This document shows positions 48,491-61,647 of a stretch of 64,000 nucleotides of DNA, in pieces (the stretch's first letter is position 1; each line of letters starts with the position of its first letter). The notes under the pieces are model-generated. The model was given only the letters and a program-made list of their open reading frames with translations, was not told where the DNA came from and searched no databases. The translations under genes and the position numbers were made by a program. Source of the DNA: Takakia lepidozioides (Eukaryota > Plantae > Bryophyta); NCBI GenBank assembly GCA_030704615.1, contig CM060734.1, positions 38,502,001-38,566,000 of the forward strand. Reading direction: 5' to 3'.

Positions 48491-51400
48491 TGTCGCGGCC
48501 CTTTGCCTTGAGGGCAGGGGGTCGGGACACATGAGGGGCTGCCCCTGTGGTGGGGGCAGCGGCAGCGATATGCATGGGGGGCTGAAGCACCCTTGAGCGC
48601 CCAAGGCACTCAAGGAGGCGGAGGCGCTCACTAGGTGGAGCCCCGCACACCGGGTTGCGGTGGGGGTGGCTCCACAAGGGGTGGTGGTAGCTTAGCGGGA
48701 CTTAGTGGGGGTGGCATAGGACTCACCATGGGGGCGGAGACCTCGTGGTGGGAGTCGTGGGGAGTCTTGGGACTCATCACGGTCCATAGGGGCCGTGGTG
48801 AGTGGGCCAAGACTCACCGCGACTCATCACCGGGAGTCGAGGGTTTTCGTGGTGGTTCGCCATAAAATGGCATGGCTGGTTGTGAAACCCCCGCGGACAG
48901 CTACAGAAGTATATATAAGGGGAGTAGTGACCCCGAGAACGGTGCAAGCCCGTTGGTGACCAAAAACTAGTGAGTAAGCGAGCGAGCCGGAAAGCGACCA
49001 AAGAGTGGGGAGCTGTTCCGGACTGCCATCTACCAAAGTCCACTAGGCCCAAATGGTGGAGGGTTTAGTGGGAGAGCGAAGGGGGGCCGTTATGTCCCGG
49101 TGAGCAGCCGAAGCTCAAAGTTGGCCCGGCGGCCAGGTTGGGAGTCAGGCGCGCGCATCAAAGCGAGTAACTATGACTTGAAGGGGAGCTTACCGAAGTG
49201 AGGTGCGCGACACTTGGTATCAGAGCTTAGAGTTCAGTACGTGATCGTCCTTGGGATTGGCCTCATCATGGGGTCGGGCAAGCCAAAGCCAAAGCGTAAC
49301 GGCCCAAAAGATGATGATCCTGGTGAGCCCGATGGGGGCGACGTGTCACCGAAGCGGCCATTTGAGGAAGCGACGCAGGTTTCTGAAAATGAGGCCGCTC
49401 AAGAGCGGGAGGAATCCGAGGAGTCGGAGCCCGAGGAATCCCTGAGAGCTCCGATAGACCAACAGATGCCTCCCATGCCGGCAACTTTTTGGGAAGGGTT
49501 GTTGGCGCAGTTTGGCGGGACGTTGAAAGACGTGTTGAAGGCGGCTAATGCCACTTCCGCTAAGGCAAAGTTTAAGGTGAAGCCTAAGGAACCCGACACC
49601 TTCGAGGGCGTCCGAAATCGGAAGGCACTGAACACCTGGCTCTTGGAGCTGGAGCAGTACTTCCGGGCGGCCAAGTTGAGTGACGAGGATCGGGTGGAAG
49701 TGGCTCCCACCTATTTGAGGGGCTATGCTCAACAATGGTGGCAGAAACGCCTTCACGACCGAGGTCCAAGTCCGGAAACCTTGAACTGGAGTGGGTTCAA
49801 GGAATTGATGAAGCGACAGTTTGTGCCCCTCAACGCGTCCTGGCTTGCCCGGGACAAGATGAGGAATTTGAAGCAAACAGATGACATTCGGGGATATGTC
49901 CAGGCTTTCAATGTGCTGTTGCTCGAAGTCGCGGATATGGCGGAACCAGAAATGGTCTTCAATTTTGTGGCGGGGTTGGCCCCATGGGCCATGCGGAAGT
50001 TGGAGGAGAAGCCACCTAAGACTTTGAACGAGGCAATTGAGAGGGCTGAATGTTTCTCCCTAGGGGTGAAAGACAAGGCCGTACGGAGCTGAACCACAAG
50101 AAGACCCGGCGGGAAGGTGACTCCTTCCGACCGGAAAAGAAGTGGGATAGGCCACGCGGCGATAATGGCATGTGGAAATCGAAGGGGGGCCATCACAAGT
50201 CAAGGCGGCACCCGGTGCTTCGAAAGGAAAAGCGGGTGGAGCGGCCTATGGCGGACAGAAGGCAACCTTTGATGGAGTGTGTTTCAATTGTGGGGAGCCC
50301 GGGCACATGGCCAAGAAGTGCACGAAGCCCCGGCAATTGAACATGACTCGGTCGACCACAGAGCTGTCGGAAGATACCATCAGTCGCTTGGTGGAAGCGG
50401 TGGTCGCCAGGATTTGCAAGGTAGGCAAATATTCTTGTGAATTGTATCAGGAAACTGGCGCGTTGCGTAAAGGGAGTCACTTATTGTTCGTGGATGGGAT
50501 AATATCCGGAACTAACGTGTCATTGTTGGTGGACACAGGAGCGTCGCACTCCTTCATGACACGGCAACGGCACAAAAGCTGGGACTCCCGACAACTGACA
50601 TAGGGGCCTCTATTGAGGTGCGTTCTGCCAAAGGAGAACCGCAATTGGCGACGAGGTTGGCGTTCGATGTTCTTCTTCAACTGGGGAGTTGGGAGAGACG
50701 TGAGAACTTCACCGTCTGCGAGATCGATGGAGTGGATCTCATTTTGGAGATGACCTTTTTGAGCAAATCCGGAGCGGGCATAGATGGCCGTAAGAGGGTA
50801 GTCACGCTGCCATGTTGGAATGGTGGCAAGGTCTTACGAGTTTCGGAAACGCCCAAACCCGTGAGAGGGCGAATAAACCTTCTGTCAGCAAATGAGTGGG
50901 CCGTGGAGGAGGCACACGAGCCCCAGTTTTTGCTCTACATTAGAGAAGTGAAGGGAGAAGGCGATGGAGAGCCGAGCCCAGATTGGATCAAGGGGATTTT
51001 GGAGAAATACCATGATGTGATGCCGGAGGATTTGCCAAGCGGCTTGCCACCGCGAAGAGGAGTTGACCACAAGATTGAGGTGATACCGGGATCGGAACCG
51101 CCTGCCAAGGCGCCCTACCGGTTGAGCCACAGAGAGTTGATCGAGCTGAAGACCCAACTCAAGGATCTAATGTCAAAGGGGTACATCTGGCTGAGTAAGT
51201 CACCCTACGGAGCCCCGGTGCTATTTGCAGACAAGAAGGATGGGACGCTGCGGATGTGTGTCGATTACAAGGCTCTGAATAAGGTGACTATCAAAAACCG
51301 GTACCCTTTGCCAAGGATCGACGACCTTTTCGATCGGTTGGCAGGAGCGAAGTATTTCAGCCGGATCGATCTGCGCTCCGGCTATCATCAAATTCGAGTG

Positions 51401-54400
51401 GCGGAAGGAGATGAGGAGAAGACCGCGTGCAAGACAAGGTATGGTTCATATGAGTTCTTGGTGATGCATTTTGGGCTCACCAATGCACCAGCGACATTTA
51501 GCACGCTGATGAACAGCCTTTTCCAGGAGTGGTTGGATGACTTTGTGATCGTGTACATCGACGACATCTTGGTGTATTCGAAAACAAAGGAGGAGCACCT
51601 GGAGCATCTCAAAAGGGTGTTCCAGAAATTGCGGGAAGGGAAGCTGTATGCCAAAGCTTCAAAGTGCGAATTCGGGGTCACAAAAGTGGAGTTTCTGGGG
51701 CATGTGATTACACAGGATGGGATCAGAATGGATGACAGGAAGGTGAGGGCCATCTTGGACTGGGAGCCTCCGACTTCGGTCCCGGGAGTGCGATCCTTCC
51801 TATGACTCGCCTCCTATTACTGGAAGTATGTGAGAAATTTCGCCAAGATTGCGGGGCCGCTGTCAGACCTTCTGTGTAAATCTAAAGTCTGGGCATGGAA
51901 CACCTTTTGTGGCCAAGCTTTTGCTGAATTGAAGCAGTGGATGGCGGAAGCTCCTGTCTTGAAAATCCCGGAGTTCGATCGTCCGTTTGAGATACATACA
52001 GATGCGTCGGACTTCGCGATTGGGGGTGTACTGATGCAAGATGGACGTCCAGTGGCTTACGAAAGTAATAAACTGAATGAAGTGGAGCGACGGTGGCCGA
52101 CGCACGAGAAAGAGATGAAGGCGGTGGTGCACTGTCTTGAGCTTTGGCGCCACTATGTTGGTTCCAACCCGGTGAAGGTGTTCACGGACAATGTCACGGT
52201 GAAGTATTTTGCCACGCAGCCCAAGTTGTCCCCAAAACAACTTAGGTGGCAAGATACTTTGGCGGTGTTCGACGTGGATATCCAGTACAAACCGGGACGA
52301 GACAAAGTGGTGGCCGATGCTCTAAGTAGAAAGCAGCAGCTCTTGTTGGTGTACAAGGGCGAGACGATGCTCCAAAGGAAGATCCGGAAGGCTTGCTGGA
52401 AGGATGAGCTGACGAAGTCCGTGATGCAGGACTTGAGGATGGGGGTTAAATCGCAGTTCCACTTGCAAAATGGACTGCTCCGGTATAAGCAAAAGCGTCT
52501 CTACGTGCCGAAGGGAGGGATCAGAGATAGCCTCTTGAGAGAATGCCATGATAGCCCGCTTGCGGGCTACGGCGGAGCCAAGCGCACTGCGGCACTCTTG
52601 AAGAAAGAGTATTTCTGGTCCAAACTGAGGGAGGAGGCAGAGGAGTATGTCAAGACATGCACCACATGCCAACAAACCGGAGCGAGTACAAAAAACAAGC
52701 GGGGCTGTTACAACCCTTGCCGATTCCAGAGGGGACTTGGGAAAGCATCTCGATGGATTTCATGACTGCTATGCCGCTGTCAAAAGGATTCGATGCAATC
52801 ATGGTGGTGGTGGATAGGTTCAGTAAAATGGGCCATTTCATCCCCACCAAAGAGACGGCAACGGCGCAGGAGACATGACGACTTTACTTTGCCCACGTCT
52901 TAAAGCATCATGGAGTCCCGAAGGATATTGTCTCGGACCGCGATCCAAAGTTTACGAGTAAATTTTGGAGGACACTTTGGAAGAAGATGGGGACGAGGCT
53001 GAAGATGAGCACCGCCTTCCGACCTACGACCGACGGCCAAACAAAAAGAGTGAATTCCGTAGAGAAGCAGATCTTGCGGAATTACGTGTCGGCAGACCAA
53101 ACAGACTGGGTGGAACACTTAGACGCGGCAGAGTTCTGTTATAATAACACAGAACACTCTGCAACGGGAGTTTCCCCTTTCGTATTGGTCTATGGAAAAG
53201 CACCTCTGGTGCCGACAAGTTGGGCCGCCCAGGACGTTGAGGAACGGGCAGTAACGGCGGTATTGGAAGAACACGAGCGTTTGTTGAAGCTCGCAAAGTA
53301 CAACATTGCCAAAGCTAGGAAACGGTATGAAAGGCAGACGAATTGGAAGCGGAGGGAAGTGAAGTTTGAGGCAGGCGCGGAGGTCTGGTTGAACATCAAG
53401 AATTTCCGACTACCTCCGGAAGTGAGTCCAAAGTTCATACCTCCGTATGCGGGACCCTTCGCATTCGGAAGGTTATGAATGAGGATGTGTATGAATTGGA
53501 GCTGCCGGCAAACAGCAAGGTGCACCCAGTATTCCATGTCTCCCTTTTGAAGCCTTACTTCAAAGATGAAGCGCGTCCGAATCGGCATCAAGTGTTGCGT
53601 CCGCCACCTATGCTGTTGGATCATGAAAATGAACCTGAGTACGAGGTGGAGGCAATACTTAAGTCGAGGAGAATCAAGAACCGAGAAACGGAGTATCTCG
53701 TCAAATGGAAGGGCTATCATCATGTGGAGGCATCTTGGGTGCGTGCCTCAGAAATGTGAAACGCATCCGAGGCGGTTGCAGCTTTCGAAGGGCGACCTCA
53801 AAAGCGGAAGAAGCGTTGATGGGGACATCAACCTTGGAGCGTGGGGGAGGAAATGCATGCTTAGCCCGGCTTAGCTAGCTTAGGAATCCGATTGCAAAAG
53901 CTTGTATTGTACAAAACATGCTATAAATGAAATGGCTTCCAAATGTTGTGCGTCCTATTTTGTTTGGAATGGTGATGCGTGGTATGGTTGGCTAGTGTGT
54001 AGAATGCATGCTAGCTTATAAAAGTGGGAGAGATAAATTGGGTTAATCGTGTGTTTGCGTAGTGCCGAAATCGGGTGACCCCCATCCAAGGGGCAAGGAA
54101 ACTTGCGCCTTCTTTGGGAGTTCACGTGCTAGTGCGCACCTGGCGCGTGCGCTTACTATAACTGCGCTACCGAGGGGGTTGTCTTGTAGTGCGGGCTAAC
54201 GCGGAAGCCACGTGCTTCCGTTCACGTACTATAATCGTGTAACCTCGGGACGAAGTCGTAGTGCGGCTTCGGCGTGTTCCCGTACCTCAGGCCAGCATTC
54301 CAAGGCGGACCCAATTGTAGTGATTGGGGCGCACGGTTGGTTCAAGGTTATCTTCCTAGTCAAAAAGGGTTCCAGGTGAACCCTTGCTCAAGGTGATGCC

Positions 54401-55461
54401 AAGAACGGCATCATGAGCGGTCGCAAGCAATGTTGTTGCAGTAAGGCGATTCGATCCTCGGGGAGGATCGTTCCTTGGCCTTGAAGTAGGCCAAGAAGAG
54501 TGCACTGGGAGGAGCTGGAGAGGCTCCACCCTTGGCTGGGACTTGGAGGAAGTCGGCCAAACTAGCTAGTGGAGAGTAGAGTCAAGTGTGGGGTTTGGTT
54601 CTTTGCCATGGGACGCCATGGTGCGGAAACAAATTCCTTGATGTGGGACGCCACAACTTGGATGTTCGTTTTTACAAAATGGACAAGTCGATGAGGACAT
54701 CGACTCCCTGTTGGTAGGGGTGTGTGTCGCGGCCCTTTGTCTTGAGGGCAGGGGGTCGGGACACATGAGGGGCTGCCCCTGTGGTGGGGGTAGCGGCAGC
54801 GATAGGCATGGGGGGCTGAAGCACCCTTGAGTGCCCAAGGCACTCAAGGAGGCGGAGGCGCTCACTAGGTGGAGCCCCGCACACCGGTTGCGGTGGGGGT
54901 GGCTCCACAAGGGATGGTGGTAGATTAGCGGGACTTAGTGGGGGTGACATAGGACTCACCATGGGGGCGGAGACCTCGTGGTGGGAGTCGTGGGGAGTCT
55001 TGGGACTCATCACGGTCCATAGGGGCCGTGGTGAGTGGGCCAAGACTCACCGCGACTCACCGCGACTCATCACCGTGAGTCGAGGGTTTTCGTGGTGGTT
55101 CGCCATAAAATGGCATGGCTGGTTGTGAAACCCCCGCGGACAGCTACAGAAGTATATATAAAGGGAGTAGTGACCCCGAGAACGGTGCAAGCCCGTTGGT
55201 GACCAAAAACTAGTGAGTAAGCGAGCGAGCCGGAAAGCGACCAAAGAGTGGGGAGCTGTTCCGGACTGCCATCTACCAAAGGGAATTCCACTAGGCCCAA
55301 ATAGGTGGAGGGTTTAGTGGGAGAGCGAAGGGGGACCGTTATGTCCCGGTGAGCAGTCGAAGCTCAAAGTTGGCCCGACGGCCAGGTTGGGAGTCAGGCG
55401 CGCGCATCAAAACGAGTAACTATGACTTGAAGGGGAGCTAACCGAAGTGAGGTGCGCGACA
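48491..55461 (+). mobile_element. full-length Ty3/gypsy chromovirus LTR retrotransposon with degenerate ORFs
   Basis: LTRs 48491-49212 and 54725-55461 (TGTCGCG...CGCGACA); PBS TGGTATCAGAGC 49215-49226 (tRNA-iMet); G-rich PPT-like tract before the 3' LTR; TSD GGAAG/TGAAG; domain order gag, CCHC, PR ([10 protein letters not shown]), RT (YIDD), RH, IN, chromodomain. Confidence 0.95.
49268..53759 (+). pseudogene. gag-pol polyprotein with several frameshifts and stops; C-terminal chromodomain
   Basis: ORF pieces 49214-50092, 50172-50603, 50618-51805, 51830-52765, 52657-52878, 52987-53478 and 53475-53759 (YEVEAILKSRRIKNRETEYLVKWKGY). Confidence 0.9.
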
Positions 55462-55960
55462 TGAAGCTTCTTGTGGAGGACTCTATAGCTTTCAGCTCTC
55501 CCCTCCTAACTACACACTGGAGAAAATCCACAAGGTAGATCACCCAAGGGTTCAAACACAAATCTACAGGTCTACAGGTTCGCAACTTTGGAAATCAATC
55601 TGGAAAGCATGGAATCGTTTCAGACCGTTTCTGCTCAAATCCAAACCATCCACATTCCAAGAGACCATGAGACAACACCTCTTTCTCAACAATCCTGCAC
55701 TTAATCCTCTTCAGAGAAGTCAAACTAGGAGATGGGCTGCATAAGAGACAAGAGGTTTCTCTCATATCAAAGATCTGTGGGTCAGCACCCCTACCTCTTT
55801 TCACTCTGCTCTTGGTGCAAACAGGCTTACTGCTGGGATCCAAACTATTATCCAGGGTATCCCAGACACCTGGAAAATCATTCTAAGAGATGACAAAGAA
55901 AGTCACAAGTAGCATCATTGGGTTACCATTCAAAATAAACCTTTCTCGGTGATGCTTGTC
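55462..55960 (+). mobile_element. L1-type LINE ORF2 fragment, 3' continuation
   Basis: removing the LTR element restores ...WKLLVEDS; degraded Trp-rich sequence follows; 3' boundary approximate. Confidence 0.5.
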
Positions 55961-57672
55961 ACAGACTCGGACTCGGGCTCCATCACAGGCTATGGTTTCA
56001 CTTCTGCACCCTTCTCGGGTCTCCTCGAGCTATACTCCACCCTTTGCTATGCAAAGTAAGTCTAGGTTCATGGGGGTATCCGTCACGGCTTGCCGTGTGT
56101 TAGGGTTACTTTCCATGTAAACCTGTTCCCGTTCTATGACGTCATCCAAAAATGGGTCTAACCACCACTTCCACCCCTTTCCATGCACCACCCTGGAACA
56201 GAATCCGTCCGGTGGATTCCACCGGCACTTTTGCACGTGTGTGACCCACTTTTTCCTTGCACCCTCCACTTTCCTGGTTTTCCTGCGTGGTAACATGTTC
56301 AGCAAGTCATGGCATGAAAAATACGGGCTACTGTAAGTCAACAATGGAGAACGGGACCGTACACCCAACACCTCACTTTTGGTGAGGGCTCCGTTGCATG
56401 GGACCCGGCCAGGCCCTGCACGGATATCGATGTCCATGATATCGATGTCCATGAAAATGCATGGAACAGCCTGCACCCGTGTGACATCAGCAGAACGGGT
56501 CGCATGGAAAGTATCCTTTAGAGCCTTATGGCGGCCTTGTGCCTTTAAGGGTTTTAATTTTTTTCCCTTCAAATAATTATTATAATAAAATTAATCCAGG
56601 GCCTCTGTCCCCTGTTCACCAAATATATATATATATATATATATAATAATTGAAAAAAGAGGATTCTCCACTGGAGTTTCTGAAGTGGAAGCATCACTAA
56701 ACAGCTACATCGTCATTTGCCTAACAAACATAATTAGGGAAGCTTTCAATGATGCACAGCTTTTGATGACCTGCAGGGTCTATTTGTGTGACTTTCAGTG
56801 TTCTCTTGGTACATTGAACACCAGACCAAAATTAAATTGTTTACTTTGTTTTCTGCTAATCTGATTTCACAGTCTGACATGCTACACCTAAAAGTCACTC
56901 ACCATTTTTGACAAGCAACTGACATCCTCGGAGTCAGCCTTTCAAGCCTGTTTATTAGTAGGTATTGGTATCTCCCCATGGTGGAAATGCAGCAATCCCT
57001 TCATTTTGCGGAAACCTTGTTTGTGGGCATTGCTAGTCTATGTCCAATATAGCGCAAATACATGACTACTGTTGGGGACTGGCAAATGAACCAATTAGTG
57101 ACATTGAGTTGAGCAGAGTCAACATAGGTATTCAAATTTCAAGGGAGGACCTTACTATACAGAAGTCTTGGATAGGCCAGGACAAGGCCAAAACCAAAAC
57201 TAAAGGCAATCCCCACAAAAGAGACAAAAATGTCATACAGACACACCGAGGTCCTTGTACAACTTTTGGGACCAGACTGACCTCACTTGGCATGATACAG
57301 ATATTTCCAAGATTCTGCTTAGCCATTTTGGACCTTACCTCTTTCCTGTGCTTTGATACACACTATTTCTTTGCCATCATTGTCTCCCAACATACTTTGT
57401 AGAAGCAACACACTCAGAAACAGCTGTATCCCATATCCAAGATGAAATCATTTTGGGCAAGACAGGAGTCAACCTGCCGATAGTGACTTGTCTAATGTAC
57501 TCTGAAGTTGGAAACACTCCTTTCAGGTCAGATGAGCCCCCACAAATAGGGGCCCATTTTTCTTCCGTATATGTCTGTTGTCCAAAAGTGTCACGATTGG
57601 AATTGCTGAGCACCCTCTTTCAGTCAGTGAGGCAACAAAGCATAGGACTCCACCACAAGTTACCTGATTGTG

Positions 57673-59800
57673 TTAAAGTCCCCGAACTTCCTGGAACACT
57701 TCCTCCCTTTCCTCATCTTCATCTACCTCATCCTCATCCTCCTCTTCCTCATCATCCTCGTCATCAATGCGTCGCGGAGCACTGAGAACAACTTTCTGGC
57801 CCTTGGATTCAGCTAGATCACGCTGCAGCTGCACTAGACTTGCTTGTCGCCGTTCTGACTCTCGTGCTTCCTTCTCTGCACGTCTCTTCTCCAGCTCCAC
57901 CCTGCATTCATCACCCCTTGGATGGTTAATAGCACTAGAATTAACCACAACCTGGATCCAAAAAATTGGAAAGATAAGTTAGTCATCAATATTGCAAGAT
58001 GCAACAGTGTCATTCTAAGCTTGACCAAAGTGGATCTCCGAAATCCAGTTAGAATAGGTGATGCCACTTCCCCATGACCCAGACCTGACTAGCGAAATGC
58101 AAATTTTACCCTACTTTCTTATCAGCATCCAGATCTAAACAGTTGTCAATGTACCTCCATAACCGCCCAATCAAGTCAGAGTTTCCCTGTCCTAACAGAT
58201 AAGTGAGTGTTGACAATTGTACCAACTATGCACAGATGCAACTGTACATTGTGATGTCAAGTACTTCATCAAGATTCCAAGAACCTACAAAAGACTAGTG
58301 TAGGGTACAACAAAGAGGCTTTACCAGCAACATAACAGCTACCCAATTTAGTATTCCTCAAGCTTTTTATATCAACAAACAGAAAAGGTGCAAGATGCAC
58401 CGAGAAACAGAAGGACTCCACTTGACACAGCTTTGTTTGCATACCAGTAAGTTTTCATGTACTCATCAGCGCTTGCATCAACAGATGCAAAGAAATCAAC
58501 CATACCCGCTCCAGTGACAGCTGAGACGCCCACACTCTGCAGGTTTTTGTAGAATTCATCAAGTACCAAGCATAGACTGCGACTCAAACCGGAGGAATAC
58601 GATGAATCGCCTTCCACAGCTGCCTGAAAAGCTTCAAAGTCCTGCATCCACTGAATTGCAAAGAAACACAAATATGTCAGCAGCTGCGCCCATTTCTAAG
58701 GCATTGAATCTTTGAAACTTTTGCCAGGGACCTTGATAGTATTGAATACCCCAGTGTGGACAAATTAAAAATCTAGAGAGAGAGAGAGAGAGAATGTGGT
58801 GTTCCATTCCCCTTATATATTGGCAGGCCATAGCCTTCTGGACCTAAACAGTGCATGATCACCAATCAAGAGAAAGAAGCAAGGAAGGGTTAGGAATCAC
58901 CTCAACAGCGAATTGATGTTGTGCAACATCAACTTTGTTGAAGGCCAAGAGAAGGGGTAAGCGCGTCTTGTACAGAATTCCACATGCATACAGCATATTA
59001 CTCATGAATGTAACAGGGCTTGTCGAACGTGGGGTGTCCACTACATACGTCACCAGCGTAGGAAACGTGGATGCAAAAGCTTCAGTAATGATGGCTCCCG
59101 AGGCCGACCACGTAAAAATTTCAATCTGCCCAGGTGTGTCAACCAGCACATAGTCTAAGTCTCCTGCTCTTTGCTCCACAAGACCCACAACCTGCCACCA
59201 GAATATCATTTGTAGTCATTCATAATGTTGATTGTTGGCAATGTGCATTATCTGTTTCTCCTTCCCCTCCCCTTGTGTGTTTTTTTTGTGTGGGAGAGAG
59301 ATCCCATCAGCCATTACTTTCTTAAACCCTAAACCTGCAGAAAGACCATGAACTCATGAAACTATTTTTAGCATCCCTAGACCCCGCCCTAAGAGGAAGG
59401 GAGAGACAGAGAGAGGGGTGCACCTCGTCGAACTTGGTGGCGAACAGATTGAGGGAGGTGAGAATGCCCCCATTAGGACCTAAGTGGTATTCCTTCATCA
59501 CATTTTTGTAATTCACAGTGTCACGAATGTCAATGTTGGCTGCAAACGGAAGGGAGGTCACAGCCGGGTCCAGATTCAAAACATAGCCCCGTTTGCCTGA
59601 ACTCTGAACGTGCGACACCAACCGATGCATCAGAGTGGTTTTCCCACTTCCTGCAGTTTGTCACCCCATTTGAATGAACAGATTGGAAACACTTGTCAGG
59701 AAAGCTGTGCGTGAACGTTATGGGAACCTGCGGGGCTGCCTCTCGTACTTTTGTGAACATCAGGTATGTTGACCCTATGGGTACTTTACACACCACAAGA

Positions 59801-59847
<47 letters not shown>

Positions 59848-60246
59848 CTCGCAGAAGATTGTAATTCATCTCAGTTTGCAAGACAAATCAGAAGTGTTCG
59901 AATTGTGAATCCTTATACCGTTCAATTTGTTAAATTGCAGTTCACATCGACGAATTGAATAACATATTTGATTGCATGCTAGAAAGTAAGGATGCCCAGT
60001 TCACTATGGAAAGAAGAAGGGAGCAAAAAAACTCAACGGGGACTCACCGGCCATCCCAATGACGATGATGACTATCGGCTTTTTCCGGTGCCCCACAGAC
60101 GAGTTTGTCCCACTGCTAGATGACGCTCCAGCATTCTCGGCAGCTTTCCCCGGGTCCCCAGCTGCCGATTTTCCAGCTAGCTGTGCTAGTGTCTCATCTT
60201 CTTCATGTGGATCGCCCGAGTTCACCTTTGGCTCGTCCTTGCTCAT
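57673..60246 (-). CDS. GPN1: GPN-loop GTPase 1 (QQT2/XAB1 ortholog)
   Basis: [50 protein letters not shown] and NKVD motifs, acidic tail; exons about 60048-60246, 59423-59651, 58899-59191, 58443-58652 and 57673-57902. Confidence 0.93.
59803..59841. repeat. (CT)n microsatellite in GPN1 intron 1
   Basis: about 19 perfect CT units. Confidence 0.9.
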
Positions 60247-61647
60247 CTTTCTCTGTCTGTCTCACCGTTCCTGTCCTCTTCCCTCGCTCTTTCTCCCTCT
60301 CTACTTATCATATGATACTGCGCTGCAGGGTCACACTTTTCCGCGTTCGGGAAGTAGCCCGCAAGCTCTGACAGAGCGACGAAGCTTGCCTAAACCCTTA
60401 AAACTCATAATTACCTTTGTTTTTTATCTTTTTATTTTTTAAATATTTCCGAAGGAAACTTGAGTGAGGAGGAATTTGAATACCGACCGTCACTGAATTA
60501 CTCGGTGCAGTGAAGTGTTGTTTTTGCACGGAAAAATCTCTTAACCCCAAGCCAAAATGCTTATACATCATTGGAATCAGCTTGCCAATCTCTGTGAAAA
60601 CACCTATGAAATACCTAAATATACAGGTTATAGAATACTTGAACGGATGAGAAATTCATCATCTAGAACCAGGGTAACCCCAGGGTCAAAGAATATTCTT
60701 TTGCAATCTAACACCTAGGCATGCTTATCCCAGGGTAGAGGATCTTTCCCCTGGGCAAGAGAATTAGTAAATAATCCTTTTTCGGGATATGGAATCTGTC
60801 CCGGGCCATAGTTGCAAGTGCATGGCCTTTCCTGAATTCCATAGGTCCTTCCAGGTCAAGCACTTCAACAAGCCTCCAGGGCCACCGCACCTTGTCTCAA
60901 GACAGAGGAATCTTCAGACTCTAAACCAGTCCAGCTCTTTTGGTACTCCATATTCAGTCCAGGTGGGTACATATGTACATACTACAAAATCCACAGCTTG
61001 GGTGAGTAGTGAGTACAATGCAACCCCCAAGCTGTAAATTTCCTGGGACTCTATCTCCGGTGCTGCACCTGTAGGTTGATAGACCAACAATTTGCAGTAC
61101 ATACCTACTTGTACAGCAGATTCCATGCCTAACCGACGACTTCAGATAAGACAGGACACTGATGGACAAACCATCAGAGGTCCCGTCTTGGTAAAAGAAT
61201 GAAGATCAACTTGATGAAAGGTAGGTCAAGCCACTTTCAGAGAGGAGAGCAGCCATTAGGGAGTATACAATGTCTAGACTGTGTTGATTTCACAACAAAG
61301 TGGAGAATATCATGACACTGGATGGTGTTCACTGTGCCGTGAGCTCTTCGGCATTTACTTCTGTTCTGCAGGTACCATGTCTTCCTCCAAATGTATTCCT
61401 ACGGTGGGGTGAACAAAAGAAGGCAACTTGCAATAGTGAGACATCTACTGCATTTGGATGTAACTGAGAAGATGAGAGAGCAGTTCATGCCCAACTATAC
61501 AACTCAAAAAAACACTCATGTTGAACTCTAACTAGTTTTCGCTCATGTTGCTGTATCTCTCATTCTACAAGGCAGCAATGGAACGGGTTATTGTTAAACG
61601 GTTATGCACTAGATTTTGGGTCTAGCCAAACATTAGGGCTCTAGTCC

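Noticed and set aside
48380-49052. Several antisense ORFs, repeated at 54562-55300
   Set aside because: Chance ORFs in GC-rich LTRs, with frames that differ between the two LTRs
56030-56576. 180-aa minus-strand ORF
   Set aside because: Non-ATG start, no recognisable motif and repeat-like context
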